Assembly (NCBI GenBank): GCA_040285825.1
Contig: JAUPSS010000008.1
Span: 62,001 to 126,000 of the forward strand
Source of the DNA: Eukaryota sp. TZLM1-RC
Taxonomy: Eukaryota; Protista; Metamonada: BaSk clade
Direction: 5' to 3'
Length of the DNA: 64,000 nucleotides
The position numbers and the translations under genes were made by a program. The notes under the pieces were generated by a model that was not told the DNA's origin, did not search any database, and worked only from the letters and a program-made list of their open reading frames with translations. Positions 24,225 through 36,686 of this stretch are shown piece by piece. Position 1 is the stretch's first letter. Each line of letters opens with the position of its first letter.

Positions 24225-24751
24225 TACATGTTGGTTAAATAAATTCCAAGTTTTCAATCTAAAAATTTCTTTTGCATCAATATACTCACAAAATTCATCT
24301 AAATTGGTTGATTTTGATTGTTTTCTCATTTGAGAAACAGAACAATTTTCAAAATTTCCCTGTTACTTTCTCCATCACCGTTGAAGAAATGTTCTTCTTG
24401 CCGCTTCTTTGTATCTTTCCAATGTTTGAGATAACCAAGTGAAAAATTTCGTTTACCTTGAGTAAAAGAGGAGTCAATATTATGAATACCTTCTATTTTG
24501 CGATTCTTTCATTGGTTTGTTTCGTCATCCAACTCTACTTCATCTTTTACAATTGAAATTTGGTTCCAGTAATTAATAAAACTTTGACAGAAAATGTTAC
24601 CAGAAATCCATTGAATACAATAGAATAATGATAAACAAGGGTCTTTAAAATGTTCTTTTGGTGTAATCATTACACTGTAATGTAAGACAAACAACCTTCA
24701 ATTCACCTGGTCAGAAGCTCAAACGCATTAGTCTGAAAGTCGTTTTGATGA

Positions 24752-24914
24752 TGTTGTAGTTGCTGATAAACAAAAATAGTTTATAACACAGGAATTCACG
24801 TGATGACGTGATTGATGACGTGATGACGTGGCACTCGTTTAAGGACGGGTTTGCTTACTAATAAAATCCTCTTTTCTCTCTTTACTTCTTTGGTATATCT
24901 GCCTAACGGCATCA
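24752..24914 (+). mobile_element. Solo LTR related to the 4563-5666 element
   Basis: TGTTGTAGTTGC...ATCTGCCTAACGGCATCA; the last 18 bp are shared. Flanks ATGA/CTGA. Internal TGATGACGTG repeats. Confidence 0.8.
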
Positions 24915-25449
24915 CTGATGTTTACGAGCACTAATGTGTTCGTAAAAATTAGAGAATTGAAATTACCTAAATTAAAAAACCGTTAGGAATTGTAAAGTAA
25001 AAACATCAATGAATAATGTTTGGTTAAGTTCAGAATACATGATTAATCTTGGACCTATAAACATTATTTTGGAACCTCATTAAATTAATTTACAACAACA
25101 ATCTCGCATTTTGTGCAAACAGATTATGCAAATGTCGTCAATATGACATTGATGTTGATTTTGTGACCCCTTGCACTTCTGACAAAACATGTATTTGAAT
25201 TTTGTACAAGTGTTAGCCTTGCATAGTTTATACTTATTTGCTTATTATAGCATAATATATCATAGTTGCGAATCACAATTTTTCTAGTGTGTGATTTACA
25301 GAATCATAACAATCACATCACATGTGATTCCTGTGATTTCTGTGAATTTAGAATCACAACAGCGCCATATTTCAGCATTTTAACGAGTAAGCCGTAGAAT
25401 GACCATTATGTGGTCCTCCTGTACTTCAAAATAAAAAATTATCAGTAAC

Positions 25450-27120
25450 ATTTCTTTATTTATTTTTTAAACTGTATTTTTGATGAACTAAAATTCTGTC
25501 TAATATTCAATATCCTCCAAACAAGCATCACAATTACTAAACCTACTCACAGCATTTCGTTCATTCTACACCAATAGCTAAAAGAGCTTTAGAAATCATT
25601 GTTGAAATAGACTTGAAAATGCAAAAAACAATTCTATTTGGCCAGAAAGTTTAATTCATTTTTTTACGAGTTCTATTTAGTAAAACTTTTTTGAAATTTT
25701 AAAAAAAGGTGTAATCCTGAAGGTCCAATATTGCCAGAAAGAGAAATTGCAAACGGCACAAACTGATATTTCACATGTTCGACTCTACCTAATTGTGCCA
25801 ATGGTTCTTCATATTTTTTTATTTTCTTTTTCTCAGAGTTAAACAGCGGCGAATCAGCGGAATACACCAAATGAGCAGCAGAATTTTTGCAGACATCAAC
25901 TGAGACAACATCCACAACGTTGAGAACACCATCGACCCCTGAAGCTACTAAATCTGCCCTTCTTTTACCAAAGGAATCAGCAGTTTGATCTGGAGATAGC
26001 TTACGTACTAAAGGTCCAATAAAAGCATCAATACTGAAACTTTTACACATATCATATAATTAATCATGAACTGAATCATGAACAATTGAGCGATAAGTTA
26101 TAAAATATTTGCAGTTTAAAATAAGGGAAAGCTTAACCACACTCTTGCAGCGACAAATTAATTCATTTGGTAACGAACAAGGCCATAAGAAACATCTCAT
26201 TCTCATAGCAGTGGTCCATTGCTGATCATTGAGTAGATGGCCATAAATGTTGGGAACTTGGGAGATTAGGTAACTTGAGTAACTGTCTTCACGATCAATC
26301 ACAAAATTTGCAAAAACGAAATTTATTTAGCCAAGCTAAGACGTACAATATAATCCAAGTTGTTTTTAAAATTATTAAGATTTTTATATGCAATTTTGCA
26401 AAAGTCAGTGGTAATTAGAGCAAACTTCTTGAAGGAAGTTCCACAATGTCAGAAGGAAAACATTTAGACCATAAAATTGGTGAAAGAGTATCAATTTCCT
26501 GTTGCAAAGAAATAAGATAAGAGCTGGCACAGTTTTCAATGAGATCAGTTTTTTCTGGAAATGCCATTCACAAATTCAAAGATAAAATTTTTACCACCTC
26601 CAATAAATGCAGCTTTACAAAGGTAGCTTGCTTTATGAAAATCAACACCACCAAAATCTGTACCATAAAAAATGTGGCTTCGTAATTGAGATGCATCAAT
26701 TTCTAATAATTTTGCCAAAAAGTAGGTCCTTTGTTCATTAAAAATACGACATAATTCCAATGAAATTGATGGTGATGTTGATAAACTTATGGGTAAACTT
26801 TCCAGAATAAAAAATTTTAAAATAAAAAGAATTTCAAATGTTTTTCAACATTTAAATTTTCAACTGATTCTAATTTATTCTCGAATTGCGTCAGCAAATT
26901 CGAAGGTTGGTTTTTTAAAATATTCTTGTTTTCATTGGGAAGTACAAGAGGGATGGAGTCGATCGCAGCGTGTTTCAAGAGATCGATAGTTTCTTTCTGT
27001 TCTGTAAAAAGTTTAATGGTAGTTTTACTATTTTTTGCAAGAAAGTTACTGACTTTTGCCACTAGTTCGAAACATTCAATAAATTCAATCTCAAACATAG
27101 TTTACCGAACCAATAAAAGC
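25450..27120 (-). mobile_element. Non-LTR family B (restriction-like endonuclease type), degenerate 3' half
   Basis: CRCK..LNCK, HDSVHD, KRRADL..VDV motifs. Homologous to 53245-54660. Confidence 0.85.
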
Positions 27121-27129
27121 TCTAAGTTC

Positions 27130-29990
27130 GGTAACACAAGAGGAATAAAGGTGTCTACGGATAGTTTCAATCCGTTAAGAAGCAATAGAACGCTCACCAT
27201 CATGGAAGACTATACCGAGGATCTTCACAGGGACAACATAAAATTGGAAAGTGCACTTCTTCAGGCCAGGTCGCACTCGCTTTTCTTCACATCGCGTAAA
27301 AATAAATTTTAGCTTTCTTATGGATTCAAAAGGGGTTTCTGTGGCTACTACGATGTCATCTAAGTATACAAAGATGTCTTTTTCCAAGAAAGAGTCTTCC
27401 ATGAGTTTTTGAAAGTCGGCAGGGACGTTTTTAACCCAAACGAAGCTCGTTTGAACATAACGGATTTTCTATGAGCGCAAACAGCGGTCTTATGCCAATC
27501 ATCAGGATGTAGCTTGAGCTGCCAGGGAGCACGAGGGAGATCAAGACAAGCGACATACTTAGCGCCTTGTAAGTAAGTAAAAAAATCAGAACAACGGGGA
27601 AGGGTAGTAGGAAGGGTAACAGTATCATCATTGACACCAGTAGAGTAATCACCAGTAAGACGAACTTTCTTGACTGGGACAGCAACAAGGCAAATGGGAG
27701 AATTAAACGAGCCGGTATTCTCAACGGCGAATCCTTCAGCGACTAATGAATCAAGCTCTTCGTTAGCTATCTTAAGTTTCCTCGAGATTAGGTAGCGTGG
27801 ATTACGCTTAATCATGATGGCCTCATCATGGAACGGGAATCTGCATAAGTGCACAATCAATTCCATCGGAATGAGGGTCGGAGGAAAACACCTCAGCAAA
27901 ATCAATAATTGATTTGAATATCTCTTTAATAGGGTTTTCAACATTCATATTAGATCGTCAAGGTTAACGTCACCAACAGCAGTATGGGAGAAACGAGCAA
28001 GAGGGGGGATGCAGTGATCCAGTTCACTTTCGGCATCCAGCACTTTCAGTTTCTTATCTGAAAGGTTAATAAAGAGGTATTCTGGAGTGAGTATGCCCAG
28101 AAATTTTAAGACGTCACAACCAAGAATTAGAGTATTCTTATTATCAAGGACTGAAAGTCTTACGAGGACGAGAGAATAATCAGCGAACGAACCCAGTTCA
28201 AAAGACATTGTTCCCGTGGCAAGAAACCGGCTGATAATAACCTTACTATCAGCCAAATGGATTTCCTGTCGAATAGGAGTCAGTTGAAAGTTGGTTTTTT
28301 TAGCCAAAGAAAGAAAAATACAGAACACTGTAACACCAATGTCAATCATGGCATAAAAGCATCCAGCAGGGAATTTAACCATAAAATAAGTGAAAAGGGG
28401 ATTCATCTGAGCATTGAGAAGGGTGTCCGATTGAACAATAGAGTAAAGTTGAGAAGGAGAAGAGGTTTCAGTAGAAAAGAGTTCCGTTAATTGTTGTACC
28501 TTGTTGGCTTTAGACACTCCAATGAGAGGATAGGAAGGAACAGAAAAAGAAGTCGAAGGAGAGGAAGAAGCGGTTGAAATAAAAGTTAACTTCGCTTTAG
28601 AAGTTTCAGAACCTTCTCCCACAACATGATTCGTTACACTTCCTGGTCGTCGTAGACAGTGGCCTTGCTGCAAGGGGTTTACCTTAACATTGAAAGAACC
28701 AACTCCATCGTGGGCTAAAGGAATCATATCCAAGCCGGGCGTACCTAAGGGTACTGTATCACACTGATGCTTAGGATCAAAAACTCTAAATGAGGATAAA
28801 GGGTTAAGAGGGATGTAAGAGACAAAGTAGTTATCGGATTTATTCGAATCACAATTATAAGAATTATCAGGGGTCTCCGGGCGAGCAGCATCATCAGCTA
28901 GCTCAAGGACTTCAATAATCTTATCTTGAGATTGTAAAGAGTTGACAGCAGCAAGAGCGCCAGAATGAGTGACACCTTCAGAAGGGCCCACAGGGTCACG
29001 AGGGTTGGACTCTTTCTTAGGGCATTGAGCATGGAGATGTCCAGAATTTCCACAGTTGTAACAACGGCGACTTGACGAAGAAGAAGAAGGTTTGTTAGAA
29101 GGAGGGTTAGAACGAGGAGAAGTTTTGGGTTAGTTAGTACGAGGTTTGACTAGAGCGTTACAATTTGTTGGGACGATCATCTTATGGCGGGGAGCCTTGA
29201 CTAGCTCTAAGCACATACGAAAGAGTTCAGCAACATCCGATATCGATTCATTTTCCTTAAAGAGCAGAAAGTTCTTCTTTGAGAGAAGCAGGAGCTAAAC
29301 CTTTAGCAAAACAACGAGCGAAAGCCTTATTAAGAAGATCACCAACTCTAGATAAGACGCTCATAAATCGTTTAACATAGTCCATGAACCTCTCATCAGT
29401 TTGGCGGATGAAGGTATTCATTCTTACCTTTGAGAGAGCATGGAAGCTTTGGGCAGGAAATTCGAAACGGCACAAGGATTTAAAATATTTGAAAAGAGTG
29501 GAGGGAATTCCATTGTCAACCTCATAAAGAACTTCAAGAGTGAGACGGACGTCAAGGTGGATAGCCTGAGGAAGAAAAGACTGCATAAGTGATTCCAGTT
29601 CTTTATCATCATTTAATATCCCTCTTAAAATCGTTTCCAAAAAAAACTTTTCTCCAGTTGAGTCAGAGGCAGCAAGAGTATCTATTTCAACATCATAATC
29701 AATACCAGACTTCGTTGATTCAGTGGCGGAGCTTGACTCAGAGAGAGGTGCTTCTAACTTCAGTGGACATGGTTGAGCAGAACCGCTGCAAGTAGCCACA
29801 AACGTTCTCACTTCGTGAGGAGAGGATCTTGGAAATAGGGACAACATACAGGATTGTTTTACTCTTTTGGGACTTGTGAGGAATTGTCCGCGGCGATTAC
29901 TGTTGAGGGTACCCTTGAACTTGAGTGGTAGTTAAACATTGGAAGTACGCATTATTCCAAGAAAAGGGTACGAAGCTTGGCGAGAAAAGA
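27130..29990 (-). mobile_element. Ty3/Gypsy remnant (gag, knuckle, protease, RT), truncated after RT
   Basis: CYNCGNSGHLHAQC at about 29020-29065, AMIDIG, LDLPRAPWQ, YLDD. Confidence 0.85.
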
Positions 29991-30579
29991 GGAAGAATAT
30001 ACTCATTGGTGAACCTAATAGAACTAATAAGTCAATAATCTATAAATAGCCACTGTTCTGCTTACGAAAGTTTTTTTGTCTGCGTTCATGGAATAAACAT
30101 TTTTTCAGTGCTGCGTTATGCGTCCCTAATTGCAATGCGTGCCAGGCATTTTTTTTGTGCGCATGGCATTTTCTTAGGCGCATGAGGTGTATTCTGATCA
30201 CCGTTCTGATTCTTATGTGTATGTTTTACTTGTGAACTCATATCAAATTGTTACTTTTATAGCAATAAAACACCAAAGTACTCTTCATCAAACCAAGACG
30301 TCCAATCATGAATGACAACATTGTTCAGTCTCAAATTGTGATACACATACACGAGTTTTTTTGTGCCCTCTTACGAGTAACACAATTCACAAAAATATGC
30401 GGACAACAAGAGCATTCAGCACGGGTATCAGTTCTCCCTCGTCCATCTGGTCGAGGCCTGCCTTGCTCGACAACAACAATGTGATTATAAAGTGGAGCTC
30501 ATTTTGAAGGCATTTCAATAGTTGAAGAATAGTAAAGTTCAATATAGATGTATTCAACTATATACACTATATATAGTCT

Positions 30580-31262
30580 TGTCACAATTACTAGGATGTA
30601 AAATGTTCCAAATTCCTGATCATGCTTATCTTAGTCCCCATTATGGCGGTTTATGTTGGACAAAGGCTTTTATTCTTACTTAATGTGCTTTTATTGGTGG
30701 ATGTAGAAGTGCAATTTTTGAGTTTTCTGAAAGATTTGCCGATTGGGAAGATTTATTAATGACAACGCAAAGTTCTACTGTTTATGCATTAAAGAATGAA
30801 ATTTCAAAAATTGAACTATAAAATAAAGTTGATGCTTTCCTAAGTATTTATTGAATTTGCACACCTAATTAAATTATCTCATAACTAATGGGACGACTAT
30901 CATTGAACCAGGATTTCATCTACAAAATCTGATCTGCTTGCTGTCTAGCTAAAGCTTCTCTTATTCGATTGAAAAACCGAGGATGCTTTCCCCAATCATT
31001 CAATGGTAATATTTTAGAAAAGATATTTTAAATTTAAAATACACTCTTCGAAGATTACAAAAACGATTGATTGGAATGTATGAAAATGGTTTTTGTAATA
31101 TTGTATGCAGTTCGGCTTTTTGAAATCAAGATCTTCGCTCGTTGTTATTGGAAATGGGCGTTTGTCAAAATCAATCATTAGATTCTTCACTGTTTGTAAC
31201 CATTGTACCACGAAAATTTGGTCTGTGTGCTACTTAAAAAGCGTTTGTAACAAAAATGAGAT
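30580..31262 (+). mobile_element. Older family A fragment containing a nested 141-bp family A 3' end (30841-30981, minus strand)
   Basis: TSD GATGCTTTCC at 30831-30840 and 30982-30991. Confidence 0.82.
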
Positions 31263-31860
31263 CATATATGAACCTTTCTTACCATAATCACTAGTATTAA
31301 AGTGTCTTTTGGATTGCCAAACTGCTGAACAAGGCTTTTTAACAACCAAGTTTCAATCTTTTGCTTGTGAATAAAAGCTTGCATTTTATGAATGCTCCAC
31401 AAGTCAAGACTATAAAAGTCAATTGTCAAAAAAACTTGCCGAAGTTTGGCAACCACAAAGTTGGAAAAATCTATAAAAGATGCTGAATTGGCAGCAAACG
31501 CAAATAAATTGGGTGTTTGCACCTTCGATTGTCATTTCGTAAGACTCTATCATTTGGTTCCTGTCGTAATCTTCCTCAGTATACTTTGTCGCCCATCGTT
31601 TTGTGGCAACTCAAAATATACATTTTTCTATCCATGCTAATAAATCTTAATACTTAATACTCCAAACTTTCTTTCCCACACTCACTGATCGTTTCGGTAC
31701 CATTGGTCTACAATTATCATGAATATGAGAGTACGTAATCCTGTACATGTTTAGAGCACTGCTAACATCCCTATCCTAATAGACGTTACATTCACTGTTT
31801 TGACAGTGTAGCAGTCCATGGCATGGGACTAGTTTGACATCGTCTTTTTTTAGATTCCAA
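31262..31860 (-). pseudogene. Fanzor1 family F3 fragments in permuted order
   Basis: 31700-31860 reads CHGLLHCQNSECNVY*DRDVSSALNMYRI..CRP. 31262-31690 reads FYSLDLWSIHKMQAFIHKQKIE..FGNPKDTLIL then (frameshift) DYG. Confidence 0.8.
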
Positions 31861-31897
31861 TTGTGTTGAAGTTCTTCAATTTTGTTTTCAAGATTTT

Positions 31898-32710
31898 GAT
31901 GCTTTCCCCAATCATTCAATGGCAATATTCCAGAAAAAAACTTGTAAATTTAAAAAACACTCTTCAAACATTACAGAAACGATTGACTGGAAGGTGTGAA
32001 AATAATCTTTATAATTATATATGCAGCTCGGCTGTCTTAAATCAAGATCTTCACTCATTGTTATTGGAAAAGGGTGTTTGTGAAAACAAGTCATCAGATT
32101 CTTCACTTTTTGTAACCATTGTACCACAAAGATTTGGACTGTGTGCCACTGATGAACTAACAAAAATGAGATTATATTTGAATATTCCCATTAATCAATT
32201 ATTATCAAAAGAAAAATGTATTTGTTCGAATTCACCACAGCTCACTTTGCGACATGCCATGAATTGTTCGAAATTACCAGCTCAAACTATACCTGTGCAG
32301 GAGGAACCTCCTAAGACAAAATTTATTATAAAGTTGAGCGAAACATTGCCTTCAGAAGAGAGGAATATGAATATATATAGTACACCTTCTGTAGGAGCTC
32401 TGGCATCTAGGAGAGCTTCCTGTGAAGTAACTCCTACACAAGCATCTGTTGTTAATCCATCTATACCTACGCAACCCCTAGGAACGAATGTTCCTAGAAA
32501 TTTTCTTCTCCACACCCTCGGTCTTTACAGAACACCAGTAACAGACGAGGAGAAATTGAGGAAAAGAATAGACGGCAAACTTAGATGTCTAGTTAAGTTA
32601 AACGAAGCGTTTGGCGCAAAAAGATGTTCGACTTTCGAGGACATCATGGTTCATTGAATTTTGTCCCATTAGTTATGAATTAACTTTGTCAAGTGTGTAA
32701 GTTTAACAAA
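31898..32710 (+). mobile_element. Chimera: family A body, Gypsy gag fragment (about 32277-32635), family A 3' end
   Basis: ORF 31863..32657 switches from MNCSKL to PAQTIPVQEEPP, which matches ORF 39548..41917. A degenerate family A 3' UTR follows at 32637-32710. Confidence 0.85.
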
Positions 32711-32885
32711 AGTAAAAAACTGTATAGACGTAATGTATATAAATTGTAATTTAATTATCGTGTCTAAATTGAAAACACGCCACACGTGCCGTGCGTGCAT
32801 GGTATTTGGAAATTTGATTATGGCACAACACTACATTCTTTTTTAAAATCAAAATTGTCACTTCAAGTTGTTGTTTATAGGATCC

Positions 32886-34151
32886 ATGTCAGTAAGTTAC
32901 TGACAGTAACTTACACTTCAGATGTCTTCTAGGTTAAATCTGTTGATTGTGTCTGACTTCTTCTTACCGTCAATTGGGGGTGTTGAACATCATATACATC
33001 ATATCTGCAGTGCTCTTAGTTCCCATCACAACATAGTGGTAGTCACCCTTGAATGCGACAGTGCAGAGAAAATCGACCAGCAGCTACCTTATGATGTAAT
33101 TCGATTCCCGTTTAAGACTTTACTTGGTGTATCATGTCCTTTCATTAATCCCCTTTGGAAGTCTATTAAAACAACATGTTTGCGATACAACATTGATCTT
33201 ATTCATTGCCATCAGTGCTTTTCCACTCTCTCTCTCACTTCCTTACTTTATGCCCGCTGTAACTTTATCCCAGTAGTTTTTACGCATCACTCTTTAATTG
33301 GTTTTGAGTCAGCATCGTCTCTTCTTGCCCGTATTTTTTTCCCCTTGTTTTTTACCCCCAATACTCATATTGTTGCAGTTTCCAACGCTGCTCTAAACAA
33401 TATCACCTCAATCTACCCAACTAATAATGTTTCAATCGTTTCCAACGGTGTCGATTCCAGTATCTTTTATCCTAGAAAGCCAGATTTTCAGGGCTTTGAT
33501 TTGGTAATCACATCTGCTCTTAGAATGAGTAGGAGAAAAGGTACAAAGTTGTTGGTAAATGTTATCAATCATGTTTCAAGTAAATTTTCCAATATTTCTA
33601 TATTATTTAATGTCGTTGGTTCGGGACCAAAGTTTCTAGAAACCAAGAATTCTATTTCTCTTCGTTCACACAAACATCGAATTGTTTTCCATGGATTTTT
33701 ATCTCAAAAAGAACTCTCTGTTATATTTTCAAATAGTCATTTTTTCCTGAACACTTCTCTGACAGAAGCTTTTGGCTCTACCTTAGTTGAAGCATGCGCA
33801 TGTGGAACTAAATTAGTTTGTTCAAATGTAGGGGGAATTCCGGAACTTTTTGATCAAGCGTTTATTGGTAAATCTGTTTTTATTTGTGATCCAAATGTTC
33901 AATCATTTTTGATTGGAATTGAATCTTGTTTGGAATCTTATTCATTGAATTTAGCAATGAACTCAGCAACAACACTTTCAGAATATGTCTCAAGCAGATA
34001 TTCATGGACTAAAGTTTGTTGTAAATTGCAAATGATATATAGAAGAGCAGTTTACAATAAGTCTATAATAGAGGAAAATTCTAAAATCAAGCTTGGAATT
34101 ACTTTGTTTATAATTATTTTGATTTACTTTATAAACAATATATTTTTTTAA
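32886..34151 (+). CDS. PIGA: GPI GlcNAc transferase catalytic subunit (PIG-A/GPI3), probable 30-nt intron at 32892-32921
   Basis: VSDFFLPSIGGVEHHI, FLNTSLTEAFG..VEACACG and a C-terminal TM segment. ATGTCA|GTAAGT..TTCAG|ATG splices in frame. Confidence 0.88.
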
Positions 34152-34317
34152 TATTAAATTAATAAATAAAAACAATAATTTGTTGGGTGAATCATTTTAG
34201 TAAAAGCAGCGTTCTGCTATTTTAATTGTAGAGCAATAAAGTAACAAATAATTCGTTCTATTAAAAGTCTATTTACACAAAAAAATCACATTCAAAAAAT
34301 TTAAAACAAGAACAATT

Positions 34318-35292
34318 CTATATAAATTGTTCAAATTCGGAAACTTCATCAGAATTAGAAAGTACATCATTTAAAAGGGAATAGTTATCATCATATTGTC
34401 TAAGAGGAAAACTAGTTGCTAAATCTAAATAGAAGTTGTACATTCTATTCAAAAATTTACTCTGAACTTCCCCAGACAACAAATGATCTAAGCTAAAATG
34501 ACAAATTTCATTCAAATGATCACAATTGGGAATTTCTCCCTGATAGAATTCACTTTTCCATATTGCACTTTGAACTGAAACTAAACCATCATTAGGACCT
34601 TCCCTATCAAAAATGTATTTATGCGAAGGTTTAATTGCACTCATTGTGGACTTGTAATCAGATACGCCAGCAAAAGAACGAATTTGTACGTATTTTGGCA
34701 GGATTTTTGATTCAAAATCAATTACCTCAGGATTATTAGCAAATTCCATACACGCTTCGACAGTAAGGTCTTGACAGGCATCAACATCAATACGTTTTCC
34801 TACCATTGACAAAACACCCTTGAAGTTATTGAGAATAAAGCCAGCAAAAGGTGAGCCCAAGTGGGGAGTGGAAATGGTGACAATTCCGGCAACTGTATGG
34901 ATAATGTTGTCATGGCGATGGTTGAAGAGCATGTGTCTTGCATCGAGGCCAGCCATTGAGTGACATATGAGGTTAACCTTGGGAGATCCTGTTCGTTCAA
35001 CAATGGAGAGAATGTTTTCGTATAGGACTTCTGCTCGCTTATCTACACCAGCGGACCACGGTACACAGCTATGGAAAACAGTATAACCTTTTGAGATGAG
35101 AAATGTTCGCAAGCCACGAAAATAGTGAAATTTATCACTGAAGGTAGAAGAGCGATTGTCTATAAACTTAGACAGCACAAAATCAAAACGTGCAACTCCA
35201 TGACACAGTAGAATAGGATAAGGAAATTCTTGTGGAGGTGGAAACGTCTGCAATGGTATGTCATCCTCAGAAAGTGGCTGAGCAACAGTCAT
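34318..35292 (-). CDS. Triacylglycerol lipase (alpha/beta hydrolase, family I / TGL2-like)
   Basis: PILLCHG, NLICHSMAGLDAR, STPHLGS, NDGLV, DHL. First ATG at 35292; the upstream open frame runs into the Fanzor end. Confidence 0.88.
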   Translation of the reverse strand: MTVAQPLSEDDIPLQTFPPPQEFPYPILLCHGVARFDFVLSKFIDNRSSTFSDKFHYFRGLRTFLISKGYTVFHSCVPWSAGVDKRAEVLYENILSIVERTGSPKVNLICHSMAGLDARHMLFNHRHDNIIHTVAGIVTISTPHLGSPFAGFILNNFKGVLSMVGKRIDVDACQDLTVEACMEFANNPEVIDFESKILPKYVQIRSFAGVSDYKSTMSAIKPSHKYIFDREGPNDGLVSVQSAIWKSEFYQGEIPNCDHLNEICHFSLDHLLSGEVQSKFLNRMYNFYLDLATSFPLRQYDDNYSLLNDVLSNSDEVSEFEQFI

Positions 35293-35326
35293 GATTGATA
35301 GTTTAAGTTGCTTCGAAACTGCATTA

Positions 35327-35655
35327 TGTGCATCGTTTCTCAAATTTCCCTTTTGCCACCTGTGATAAAGTATTGAGCTCAAGTTGTTGAATCGGACTCA
35401 TTCGTATACTATCACCTTTAAAACCCTTTCCAACATCTTTCAGGCTTGTATCAGTGGGTTCAATGACATTGGTTTGAGACTGTTGTCATTTGAACACCTC
35501 TGATCTCTCTCTTCCAGCCAAAATGTCTTCAGCCAACATCAGAATATTTAGAGCAGTATTAGTATCTCGATACCAGAAGGTTTTCATTGTTTACACTGCC
35601 TCAAACCCCTGTGAACTACTTGTCGATCTTTATAGTTGCCCAATTCATCCAAGGT
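35327..35655 (-). pseudogene. Fanzor1 family F2, 3' remnant with right end, copy 2
   Basis: RGLRQCKQ..TFWYRDTNTALNILMLAEDILAGRERSEVFK. Aligns with 18676-19005. Confidence 0.8.
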
Positions 35656-35659
35656 TTGC

Positions 35660-36085
35660 CTAATTTTTGATTAATTTTACGGATTCACTTCCTTTTTGTG
35701 GACCCTCGTTTTGAGAGAACCTTTGTTTTCAAAAAGTTTCATGAAACTTTCTCTATCACTGCGGAAGAAGTATTCACCTTGCCGGTTATTTGCACCTTTC
35801 CGATGTTTTAGAAAACCAATTAAAAAATTTTGTTCACCTTGAGTAAATAATTTGAATATCTTTTTTGGGTACTTTTTTCTTTGGATATACTGGGAGAATA
35901 ACCCACATTTTGACATCTTGTGCTTTTTCCATAGCATTAACTTTTTGTTCTTCCTTTAATTCATTGAGACCAGAATTTTTTGCTGATTTATTGGATGTAG
36001 AACCAGGAATGTTGAAAAATCACTTATTTTCTTCAGCAAATTTGGGTTGTATAGGATTTACTAAATCTTCTTTTTTTGTCAATCA
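35660..36085 (-). pseudogene. Uncharacterised repeated gene family fragment
   Basis: FTQGEQNFLIGFLKHRKGANNRQGEYFF, similar to 8895-9184. Confidence 0.45.
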
Positions 36086-36686
36086 GCTTTTATGGGTGGA
36101 GACAAGAATTTTATTTATGATTTTTTTCGTAGATTTCCTGATGATTCTCATTTGTTAGTTCCCAGTTGCAGTCCATATTTGTATGAGTTATTTTGTGAAC
36201 TTGATAGATTGCCACCACAAATTTGGACCAAATCTTTTCCCCAATCAATTCAAGAAATTCCAAACCGATTTCTTTTTAATTTGCAGTTTTGCTGTAAAAA
36301 GCTTCAACAAAAATTGTCAAAGATTCTTGAAGGTTTGGATCTTGATGTTAGACTTGGCTTGGCCAAGAAAAAGAATCCCACTTTTGCAAATTTTTTACAA
36401 GATATGTGTGATAGTACTTCTTCTGCCTTAGTAACAACAATTCCTCAAGTTTATTGCACTCTCTTACTTATTCTGCTTGGACTGTGATCATGAGATTTTG
36501 TCCCTTTATCTGGAATGATAATTTACCTCATAATTTAATCTGTAAATGCTCTCGAAAAATTACAATTACTCATTTGTTAAATTGTAAACATTTTATTACT
36601 TTTAGAAGCAAGGTTCATGATGCTGTAAGAGACCAATTATATTGTATGTGTAAGTCTAATAGAATTGAATCCTTTTTGGAACCTCT

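Noticed and set aside
30035-30200. 5' LTR and PBS of the 27130-29990 Gypsy remnant
   Set aside because: AACA-G-TGGCT on the minus strand is suggestive, but there is no second LTR copy to confirm it.
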